Part shown: positions 14,715-25,580 of the stretch, piece by piece
How positions within the stretch are numbered: position 1 is the stretch's first letter
Layout: the number at the start of each line of letters is the position of its first letter
DNA from: Lama guanicoe
Lineage: Eukaryota
Direction of reading: 5' to 3'
Assembly (NCBI GenBank): GCA_013239625.1
Contig: MU053881.1
Span: 7,401,957-7,465,956 of the forward strand
Length of the DNA stretch: 64,000 nucleotides
Notes under the pieces: model-generated
Database searches by the model: none
The model's input: only the letters and a program-made list of their open reading frames with translations
Told to the model about the DNA's origin: nothing
Translations under genes and position numbers: made by a program

Positions 14715-14950
14715 GAGGCAGTAGAATGCAGTGGTTAAGCTCTTGACCTCTGGAGCCAAGCCACCTGCTTCAAATTCCAGTGCATCGTGGGTACAATGAC
14801 CTACTCAGCCCTCAGTTTCCTCATCTAAGAAATAGGGATGATAGTACCTGCCTCACAGAGTTGTCATGAGACTTAACTGAGTTAATACACGGAAAGCACT
14901 TAAAACAGTACCTGGCAGATAGTAAGTACTCTGTAAGTTATTATTAGTGC
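14715..14950. mobile_element. MIR SINE, representative of many (others near 8890-9110, 9460-9695, 13240-13430, 16555-16840, 23050-23990, 36000-36190, 39770-40030, 46370-46625, 48610-48790, 54310-54590, 60025-60260)
   Basis: MIR core cctcagtttcctcatct...aatagggatgatagtacctgcctcacagagttgtcatgag. Confidence 0.8.
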
Positions 14951-17374
14951 TCATTGCTTGCTTTTTGTTGTTGTTGTTAACACAGAGTCTGTGTTTTATA
15001 AACGTCTGTGTTTTGAGAACCTACTAGGTGCTCAACAAAAGTCTGACGTCTGAATTAAGGAATGGAGTGAATGAGGGAAGAAACAGACTGATTCTGATCA
15101 ATCCTCCAAGACTCAGTTCCGACTCGTGCTTCCTTGATTCTCACAGCCTGAAGTTTATGTTCCTCATGCTATTCCTGACAGTCTGACCAGCAGTCTGGCC
15201 TCCTGGCTTTCAGGGAGAACCCGCCCCACATCAGAGCTCTGAGTCCCCAACACAGCAGGCCAGTATTAACTGAAGGTGCCTAAGTCTCTCTCACATCCAG
15301 CTGAAGTCGTCAGGGAACTGCGGCCAGAAGAAAGGGGCCCCTTAGCTCAGGGCCTCAGCCTCCAAGGGTGTCTCTCACTTCCCCAAAGGCAACTGACTGA
15401 AACTGAAAGCACAGGCTGGTGGGGGCAATGCTGCAGAGGAGAGGATGACTTAGGGAGGACCCTCTTCCTCCCTTCACCGCCATTCGTCCACTCATTCATT
15501 TACCATCCACTGGGCACCTACAGCGTGCAGATCCTGTTTCCAGCGCACAGAAATGAGTCAGACCGTCACTATCACAGAGGAAATCCCAGCACAGCACGGG
15601 AGACAGGCCAGTAAGGAGGTGATTACTGCTCAAGGTGCCAGGGGCCCGCCGGGGTGCCTAACCCAGCCAAGGGTGGGTGGGGGAAAATCCGGGAAGTCTT
15701 CCTAACAGTGGCGACCATTTGTCCATCCTTGGTCCTTATTCTCAGAAACTCCCATGAGGAAACATGTGAAGGTCACAGATACCATTATTGCAAAGCAGCA
15801 AAACTCCCTCAATTCCCACATCCCCGCTGTGACCACGCTCAGCTAAAGATGCCATGGACCAGTGGTGGCAGCAGCTGCAGAGCAAATCCTTCCTGTCACT
15901 TTGGGGTAACTCACTTGCCAGCGGCCAGCAGGGAAGCCAGCAGAGGGACTGTGTTCTGGGATGGGAAGCAGCTGTAAGCTGGACCCACTGACTTTCCCCC
16001 TTGGATCATCTTCCTAGTGCATGTGACAAGGGCAAGGAGGCCTGGCTGCTAGGGAAATTTCTTTTTTTATTCCCACTGAGCAGGTTCTTTCTACTTCCCC
16101 CCTCAGGCTCTATGTTCCGGCCTTCTGACCCACTCTGAAGTCTTCTGAACATGTCATGCTCTCTCAAGTACTCCTTCCCTCTCTTACTTTTTCTTTTTGA
16201 AGCCTACTTAGCACTTCTTTATCTTTCAAAAGTCAGCCCTGGTCACCTCCTCCAGAAAGCCTTCCTTGATTTCCTTCTCCGAATTGAATTAAGAACACTC
16301 TTGTTTCCTGAGCCATCGAAGTTACCACAGTATATACATCAGTAGTTTATTTGTAGCTCACTCTTAACTGGACTGTGGTCCCTTAGTGTACAGGAAATTT
16401 TATTTCTGTAGCCTCAAAAAGCCTAGAAGGAAATCAGACCAATCACAGGTACTTGATACATATTTGCGGCTGGGATAAACAAATGAGTAGGATGTTATGG
16501 AGGGCACTGACATAATCAAGAGGGAGGGAGGCCTTTACAGTTCTCAAATGCTACCCAAGTAATGTAATGGTGAGGCTCATGGATTCTGGAGCCAGGGTCG
16601 AAACTGGGTCTAAATTCTGGTTCTGCCCTACTAGCTGGGTGACGCTGGACATGTCACTTTAGGAGCCTCAGTTTCTTCATCTGAAAAGATGAGGATACTA
16701 AAAACTACATGCCTCATTGAGTTATTATAAGATTAAATGTGACAATGGATGTAAAACATTTAGCTTAAGACTGATAAGTGCATGATAAGCTCGGATTAGG
16801 TGTTAGTTAAAATATTCTTACCACTATTACTATTATTAGCTCATTGTCCTGCCTCAAAAAAAAATTGTTTTACACTGTCCTTAACTTCACGGCCTTCAAA
16901 CGCCAACCAATTTCTGCTTTTTCCCTTTTGAGGAAACGCTTCTGTAACTGTGCATACGAGTTGGCTGATGGCACATGGCTTAGATAATTTAGGGTGGGGG
17001 GAAGGGACACCAAGTCTCACACTGGGATTTAACGGAGAGTTTTGTAAATGCAGGAATAAAATGACAACTAAGCCGAAAGTGAACCAGCATGACTGCGCTC
17101 CCAGCCCCTTGGAAGTAGGTTAAATGAGTGTCCTAAATCTCTAGCCTGCTAATAACCACTGCATAAGCAAGCCTCTCTCCACGTGCATGTCCCTGGGTCT
17201 CCCGGGGGCGGTTACAAAGGCACACAAGAGCAGCCGTTGGTAACAGCCTTCCCCCACATAGCAAGTGGCAAACACGCATCTAAAAATGAAACCCAGCTCC
17301 TTGGAGGGAGAAACAGAAGGAAGGGGAGGGGTAGGGAAAGAAAACATCTCTTTGGAGGAAGGAAAGAGAGCTTA

Positions 17375-17524
<150 letters not shown>

Positions 17525-18232
17525 CTAGGAGACAGGACATCGCACCGAAGGTCTTGGGCATCTGTTTGGCAAACTGGGCCAAAGTGAAGTGAGCATGTTG
17601 AGGGGTCATGGCTTGAGCGCCTCTGCTGGTCCCTTCCCAGCTGTGAAGGGACTGGGTGATGGTCTTAGTCGTTGGCATGTTTCCTCCCCCAGGGCCATAG
17701 GGGTTTCTCAAAAGTAAAAGCAATAATCCCAATCACTTCCTGGTTTAAGAAAAAAAAAGGATTATTTCTGATTCTTATCTAAAAAGATATACATTGAGCA
17801 GGAATGCCGTGAACGTGTTAGCCTTTAAGGTTAAGAACCAGGACCATTTCTCTAGTGCAAAAGGGTTTCAAGGGCAGTGTTCCCCTAGGTGTGATAAGTG
17901 TACAACATGTGGGCCACGAGATGGTGTTCGGTGGTACAAAGACACAAGGCCAACTATCAGGGACTCACATGGTGATTCTCCTCAACTCTCCTCCCATCCT
18001 TCTGTTTAAGGAGAGGAGAAAGTTGCAGTTTCATGGCAATAAGTTTTTAACCCCAGTCTGACATTTGTTAATTTCTTTTTTTTTTAACAGAAAGAGAAAA
18101 GAGTCCTTCGGTTCAGAGCTTTTGACAGGTACTACAGCCAGCCCTTAACATCGTTTTGTTTTCATTGTATTTATTCAAATAATGTTCCTCTAACTGTGCT
18201 GAGTACTTTTGGCTTTCCATTTGGGAAACGTG

Positions 18233-19047
18233 TGTAGTAATAAAACACAGATAGTCTCTGTTCCCAGTTCTTGGCGCAGAACTCCTAAACCTCTTGGAAC
18301 TTCCTAAGTAATAGGTGTGTCTTCTCTTTTGCATAATGAGCCCTGTCAGACTGGTCCTGAGATGATGAGCTGACTCCTGGTAGGCATCCTAGATAGCTTC
18401 TGGATGCGGACTGGCTGCCAGAGGAACCAACCATGGGGTTAGAGGGTTGGAACTTTCAGCCTCACCCCCAACTTCCCAGGAGGTTAGAGGGCCTGCCAGT
18501 TGATTAAGTCATCGGCTGTTGGTGATTGAGTTCAATCATGCCGATGTAATGAAACTTGGACAAAAACCCCTGAACAAGTTTCAAGTAGCTTCCGAGAAGG
18601 TAAACACACTGATGCGCTGGGAGGGTGGTACGCCCTGGCGAAAACATGGAAGCTCTGTGTCCATCCCGACTCCAGTACTTTCTCCTGTGTCTCTCTTCCA
18701 TTTGGCTGTTTCTGAGCTGTATCCTTTATAATAAAACTGTAATTGTAAGAGTAGTGCTTTCTTGAGTTTTGTGAGCTGTTCTAAAAACCCATGGAAAATG
18801 AGGTGATGGGGGAGAGGAGGGAGGGGCTGGGTAAGGAGGTGGTGGGATCATGGGAGTTCCTGAATTTGTACCAAGCTGGACAGAAGTGTGAGTACTCTGG
18901 GGACCCAGGACTGGCAACTGGCGTCTGAAGTGAGGACAGTCTTGTGGAACTGAGCTCTTAAACTCTGGGTAGTCAGTGTTAGAACTGAATTGAATTATAG
19001 GGAATCCAGTCGGTATTGGAGAATCAGAGACCTATTGGAATGACACA
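18233..19047 (+). mobile_element. ERVL MER21-like solo LTR
   Basis: TG...CA termini; MER21-type motifs (cctagatagcttc, gggttagagggttggaactttcagcc, gaagtgaggacagtcttgtggaactgagc). Confidence 0.75.
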
Positions 19048-19701
19048 GCATGCTATAAAGTTCCTTATGTGAATCATCTATATTTACTAAAAAGGGAGAC
19101 AAGTTAGGAATTAAGTAAACATTACAGGGGTGGTATGCGGATATGGCAAGAGTCATGAAGATGGAAGTTTAAGAATCTCTTTTTTAGGGTAAAGGACATG
19201 ATGAAGTTGCAATTCAAAGATTTCTTAAGGAAAATGCCAAGCTTCCATGGTGCATGCGTAGTATGTGATGTTTTAAAGGGGTAGTGGAGATAAAAAATAA
19301 ATCACTTTAGCCTCAAGTCTACTGTTTGCCCCCTACACTTTCCTAACAACTTTTGGGAAACTTACAGAAAGTGCTCATTACCACATATTACGAAATACCC
19401 ACATGGGAGTCAACATTTATGAATGTAATAGGTGAGCGTGCAGATAACACGTGTGCACCAGCAGGTGTGCGAGAAGCTGTAACGATGCAGTAAGCCGTGG
19501 TTGACATTTCGTTCTCAGTTTAATGATTTTCTCAGCTATCTGCTTTCATTAGGAGTTTTAGAAGCATCAAAGGAGGATTTAAAATTAGATTTACTTCAAC
19601 ACAAGAGAAAACACATACAAAACATGCTCTTTGATTTTCCAGGGTCAAAGCTCCATCATAGATCTGAGGACAATAGTCATTAGTTAATTAATATATGAGA
19701 A

Positions 19702-19840
19702 CAGTATTTCTCAAGGTGTTATCAGCAGACCACCAAATCAAAATCCCTGAGTTTATTAAAATGCAGAGTCCCACTGCAGGAGGCCTTATTTTTAATAGCT
19801 CTCAAGGTGATTCTTAAACGTAGGCAAGTTTGATGACTTT
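19702..19840. mobile_element. MER5-like hAT-Charlie MITE remnant
   Basis: cagtatttctcaa...taaaatgcagagtccc...ggtgattctta...aagtttga. Confidence 0.55.
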
Positions 19841-20051
19841 TCTTACTAGTTTGAAAAAACAGAAGGATCACAAGATTTACTATGGCTTTGTCACTAGCTC
19901 ACTGTGTGGCCTGAAGAAAGTCAACTAACTTCTCTGGGCGTCGATGTCCTCAGACCGTTTGCTATACTATGTCAAGGCTAAATTCCGAATTTGAACCAAA
20001 CCAAAAACTGCAAGAAGCATCCATCCCAGGGGGCGGGGTTTTGAGTCTCAC

Positions 20052-20148
20052 CACATAGAGCTGTTTCCAAATGCTGCCCCATTCCCAGAGTGTCGTGGTC
20101 ACTTCTTGTGCCAGAGGGATTTCTGCAGGAATAATGTTCTCGATATTT
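20052..20148 (-). CDS. DOCK2: DOCK2 exon 5 ([32 protein letters not shown])
   Basis: Acceptor ctcaaatag|AAAT, donor GTG|gtgaga; 97 nt; peptide visible in ORF 19962..20225. Confidence 0.97.
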
Positions 20149-20644
20149 CTATTTGAGGTGGGAGAGAAAATGTTGTGAAATTGAGACCCAGGTGCTAACA
20201 AGATAAAATGTTGGCAAATTTGCATTAAGCTGCAGCTGCTGAGAGGAGCCTTGCTGGCAGGAGACTAAACGTCCTCTAATAGCCACACCAATTACATTAT
20301 GCAAATGTAAGGGACCTCCTTTTTAATGTTCTCCTTTGTTGGAGTGGGCCCTTCAAGCTCATCATTCAGGATTAATCTGCTTTAATACAGTTCAAAAGCA
20401 GCTGCCAGTGAAAAGTTTGATTCTCCAAATTTACTAATATCCCCTTCAGAATCAGATCTGAATACGAATCAATTGGTATTAGATCTCCCATTCAGTGAGG
20501 AAGAGGCCGAATAAACACGGGCATGAAGAAGACGGATCAGCTGAGCATCCTTCATATCTGCCAAGTTAAGCTTTCCAAGTAGACAGGACAGTGACCCCTC
20601 CATGGGCTACTGCAGGGTCAAGTCTGGGGAAGAATGTCAAATAC

Positions 20645-20700
20645 CTTTTTTTCTCCACTGTCACTTCTTTGATGTGGATAAACGATCTAGGAAAAATGCC
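20645..20700 (-). CDS. DOCK2: DOCK2 exon 4 (GIFPRSFIHIKEVTVEKK-R)
   Basis: Acceptor tccccaacag|GGC, donor AG|gtattt; 56 nt; contains the SH3 GIFP motif; absent from the ORF track, read manually. Confidence 0.96.
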
Positions 20701-21136
20701 CTGTTGGGGATAAGATACGGTGAGATAAGATAGGATGACTTGTCCCTATAGAAAAAACTGACCCCAGGTCTTCATGATTTTCCAAAAGCGACTACAGGAA
20801 TAACCCTAGTCCGACAGAGCAGGTGGTGGATGCTAAATCTGCTCTTTTAGGTCTGCTTTCTTTCCTGTTCTTTGTCAATTGTTCCAGCTCCCACAACAGC
20901 CCTAGAGTCGAAACAATGCTCCAACCCCACTGCGGACACTAACCTGATCGTGCGCACAAGGCAGGAGTGCTTGAAAGACTCACTCTACGTGAGATGAGGC
21001 GCTCTGTCTCTCCGCTCTCCTGCCCAGTTCTGGGAGAGTAGCCACCCTTCCCAGTCACGGGAGGGTCAGGTCCCGATGCAACAGGGTCCCTGGTTGCATG
21101 TGGGCTAGTTCGATTTGAGATCTCTTTCTCCCTGGA

Positions 21137-21280
21137 CTTTTTTCTTTTTCTTCACAGGTTCACATTTTTGGCAAGGGGGGGTAATTATGGTTATTTATTT
21201 TTAGTGGAGGTACTGGGGATTGAACCCAGGACCTTGTGCATGCTAGGCACACACTCTGCTACTGAGCTGTACCCTCCCCC
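21137..21280 (-). mobile_element. Camelid vic-1-type SINE
   Basis: Same core (ggaggtactggggattgaacccaggacc); TSD tctccctgga at 21127-21136 and 21282-21291. Confidence 0.88.
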
Positions 21281-21946
21281 ATCTCCCTGGATTTATTTTA
21301 CTGTCCTTTAGAGAGAAGAGAGGGATCATGCCACCCAATACAGCGTGTCAGGGAGTAAGGAAGAAGCACCTCTTATTTCCTTGCTTCATAAGCTTGCCAG
21401 TTAACAAGGAAAGCAGATCAATTACTCGGAATTTCCTTCATAAATTCAGCCACTGTGTACACCGGGTAACCCAGTCCCCGCACTGGACACTGTGAGCTAC
21501 AGGGAGGCAAGCAAAGGAGATGCCTGCTTCCGTGGACACGTCAGTGCGGTGCGGTGCGGGGCTGGAGCAGGGAGACTCCCCGAGGGCGGAGACTGGACCT
21601 GTCCTTTCTGTGTCTATGGGACACATAGGTGAGGCAATGATGAATGCTCAAGCAACGCTAAAGAAAGGCAGTAGAAGATAAATTTCAAATAAAAAATGCA
21701 CAGTTTCAGGGGACTCCCAGAATCCTATGTGACTGGCATATTAGGAAAAGTTTGAGGGAGAAGAGAGCTCTGGAGGTGGGCCTTGAAGGATGAGCGAAAG
21801 GGGAAGGGAGCTGAGGCACAGCAAGGAAAGCCCAGGACACAAGGAGGGAGGACTGGAATCAGTCTGCAGAGAAGCAACCCCAGAGGGCTGGCAGGGTCAT
21901 GTACAGACACCCAGAACTGTTCCAAATGAAAATACATCGACCTTAC

Positions 21947-21987
21947 CTGTAACATTTTGTGCTTTACGAGGTGTCCTCTGTACCAGT
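21947..21987 (-). CDS. DOCK2: DOCK2 exon 3 (DWYRGHLVKHKMLQ; SH3 domain)
   Basis: Acceptor tttctcttcgcag|AC, donor CAG|gtaagg; 41 nt; in frame. Confidence 0.97.
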
Positions 21988-22149
21988 CTGCGAAGAGAAA
22001 ATCAAGAAACAGGTCTTTCATCTATTCTTACAAGCTTATTGCTGGGTTTGGTGGTCCTTGTTCTGTTTGTTTTTCACTAGCAAAGCAACCACTGCAAAGT
22101 GCTTTAGACCTTAGGGCTAGATCAAAGCCCTGGGCTTCAACAACCTGTC

Positions 22150-22417
22150 GAATTAGTTGCTAACATCTCCAAAGCGCATCCAAAAATACAGGGATTTCAC
22201 ATAAAAATACAAATGTCATCCTCCTTTTGAAAAAACAAGAGGCCCAGAGATGGTGGCCAATGCTCCCCTGCGGCCACAGCTGACTAGTGCTGAGGAGCAG
22301 CTGGTCCCATCAGACAAAGCAAGTGCCGCCAACTCTCCAGCCACTATCCAGCCCTTCACTTATTTCCATTCCCTGCCTGGGTAATTCCTGTGTTCATACG
22401 CATGTTTTCAGCCTCTG
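22150..22417. mobile_element. MER102-like hAT-Charlie remnant
   Basis: gggatttcacataaaaat...ctccttttgaaaaa...gctgaggagcagctg pattern. Confidence 0.5.
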
Positions 22418-24899
22418 CCTTAAAGACACAGAAAGGCTGAGAATGTCTGTGGGAGTTTGGCAAATATCCTAAAATAATGACCACAGTTCAAACAGCAGCA
22501 AATTTTGTCTAAAATGTGACTTGCAGAAGTTAGTCACTACAAAACAGACAAGTTCAGGGATGGGTAAAAGGACAGGGTTTTAAAAGATTCCTCCCCTTGC
22601 AGGAGTATCAAAAATGATTCAATTAACAGAAATTCAAATTATACACAGTCCTTGGACAAAATGAGCCTCAGCATAGCAAGTATTGATGACTATAATGAGC
22701 CTACTGGCCTTTGAAATGATTCAAGCATAGCCAAGTAGTGGCATTTGTCATCTTTGTAAATAAAAAGCGTCTGTCGGGAGCCTCATTAGCAAACCCTCAT
22801 TACTGGGCTGACAGACTGTTGTCGAAATATGTTCTCAACAGACATACGTGCGAGCTGCAAAACAAACAACTTAAAATGCAAAGTCACCCCTCACAGTCAT
22901 GAGCCAGCTTGAGGGTCAGGTCCTAAAGAAAGTTCCAGAGCAATAAGGGCCCAAAGTGGTTCCTAATTTGAGAAACAGAAAGGTAAAGGAAGGAGAAGAG
23001 GAGAGAGAAAGAAAGGAATGGAGGTCGGAGAGAAAGAATCTCAGGTTTCGAATAAAGCACTCTTCATATAGGAAGTCTTCTAATCTTCGTAACAACCACG
23101 TGATGCGGGAAATGCAATTATCCCATTTAACAGAAAAGCGGCCTGCCTGAGGCACAGAGGAGTTAAGTAACTTGCCCACAGTCACACAGCTAGTAATCCT
23201 TGACAGTGCCAGGATTTGAACATATGTAGCCATCATACCACGCTTCCTGTCTAATGGAGGAAGGAGCATGGTGGTTGCCTAATATTTCCATCCTCCCAAC
23301 ATCTGAATCTCCAAAACTACATCCCCACTAAGCTACTTTCCTCTACATACTTCCAGTGATGGAGAACTTTCTGCTTCATAAAGCACCACATTCTATTTTC
23401 ACACTCCTTTATAGTTTTCCCATAGCGATTGGTAATAACTAACCATTAACAGTAGCACTTATATTAAGGACAGGGCTTGCTGTGTGCCAGGAAGTCTAGT
23501 AAAGTTTTTTGCTTCGTTTTTTTTTAAATTATAAATGAATCTTCACAATAATCCTATGAAGTCGGTACTGCTAATGCCTCAATTCCACAAATGAAAATAG
23601 AGAGGCACAGAGAAGTTAAGCAACTTGCTCATGGTCACACAGCTACTGGGTGATGCAACTTAAGATTTAAACCCAAGCATGTGATTCCAGAGATGACACT
23701 TTATAGCACTGCACTGTAACAACCTCATTTGTTTGCAGTTCTTCCTCATTCAACCAACTAGACATGAGTGTCTCTGTAATATTACTAGTTACCATTTATT
23801 GATTGCTTAATGAATGCACAGCTGTGTGCCAAGTGTTATACATGCATTCTCTCATTTAGTCCTCATATCCGTTCTGTGAACTAAGTAGTAGTATTCCCAC
23901 TCTGTAGATAAAGAAATTGAGATTCAAGTCATTTGAGGTAGTGACCGAATCACACAGCCAGGGTTCAAGGGCAAGTCTGTATGGGTTCAAAGCCATCCCT
24001 CAAAGCTGTTCCACCACACTGTCCCTCATGCGATGAGCACAAATACAGATAACGCTCTCTTAGAGTACAAATACAGATAAGGATCTCTTGGTTGCAGCAA
24101 TCTGAATCCACCTTGACGGCCAAGGTCACCAAAATCCACCAGAAAGCAGGAACACAGTCAAGACCAGCAGTCTGCCCACGTATGTCTCTCCACAACAGGG
24201 GCTCCATCAGGGCCCCTTGACTGCCTCTTCCAGCAGCTTTGCCCTCTCTCACCCTTGAGAATCAGTTATCTGTTACCCTCGTAGGTACCCTGATTCTCAG
24301 AACTTTGACTCACTCCTGAGCCAGAAATCTCCTGACGGTTACCCCCAGCACGCACATTCCGGCTCCCAGATTTAAGTTCAACAACACTGATTGTGTACCT
24401 GCTGTGTACATGACACTGGGCTAGGTGCTTTCAGGAATAAATCCCCAGTGATCCTTGGGGAGAAGGGCTCACCGCCAGCTCCCCTTGCTAGATGAGGATA
24501 ATACATCAGCTGCATCAGAGCTGGCCTTTGGAGTTTTCTTGACATGACATCCCCAACCCAGCTGGGTCACTGACCTTCATGACCCCTGAAGCTGCTGCAC
24601 GGATCTGGGTGTGCCCTACTCTGCAAGTGGGAGAGTCAAAAGTCTTTATGCAGAGCTCTTTGCGGCTGAACCAAGAGTGAAGTGACGCCCACATGCCTGC
24701 TTAGAAGGAACTCCAGATATTTGTAAGTGAGAAGACCGTCTCAGAATGGTCTGCACAGTGCAGGCCCATCTCTAGAGAACAATGACAGCAAAAGCTGTGC
24801 GGTACCTTAAGGAGGTGACGCTACTTCAGTCTCCTCCCACATCCCTTCCCCTTGTTCCATTTTGCTGGTGAGTGAAATTCAGAAGATCCTTGGGAACCA

Positions 24900-25580
24900 C
24901 TGCCGGGAAATCCCATTCTCTTTGCCACTAAGAGTGGGTCCCCGTGACCCGGACAAGTGCGTGTATCAGTAGGTGGAATGGGACTTCCCCTGCTGTTCCA
25001 GAAAGGAAGATCCGGGCCGCAAATAACAGAGTGGAGCAGACATTCCCTCTGGAGGGCTTACAGGGCAGAGGCCAAACAAGCTGGGCTGCCCCCCAGGATG
25101 ACTCCCCCCACCAGAGTTCAAGTAATCAGGAGGTGGGGGTGGTATCTGGAGGTGGCTGCTGTTGCCTTAGGGGTGCCTGGTAGAGCTCTCTCACCCCACA
25201 AACCAAATCCAAGTGTTGGGGAGCACTCCAGGAGATTCACACAGAGATACTGGAGCATCTGGTATCCCGTTCCCCAGCTACATGGCTATTCGTGCTGGAG
25301 ACTGGCTGACCTTTGGGCTTATTTGATTAGAAAAGTAGAAAATCAGAAAAAGAGCACCCCAAACTCTCTCTAGCCTCAGCCTTGGTTAAGCTGGAGAAAG
25401 GGAAGGAGGAGGGGAGCATTAAACTGGATATGGGCTTGAAGTCTTCTTTTGAGATGCTGTTAAATAGCAGGAAAGATGTCAACCAAATACAACTGAAGGA
25501 AGTGGCTGGAGAAAAATAACATTCCTTTTTTATGTTTATTCCCCCATGAGGAGCTCTAACTGCTCAATAAACACTCATGT
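24900..25580 (+). mobile_element. Ancient LTR (LTR78-like); 5' boundary uncertain
   Basis: The 3' part (attaaactggatatgggcttgaag...aagatgtca...gagaaaaataa...tcaataaac) resembles the LTR78 end. Confidence 0.45.

Noticed and set aside
20646..20652. A7 run at the end of exon 4 as a possible frameshift
   Set aside because: Exon length is 56 nt and the frame joins exon 5 correctly
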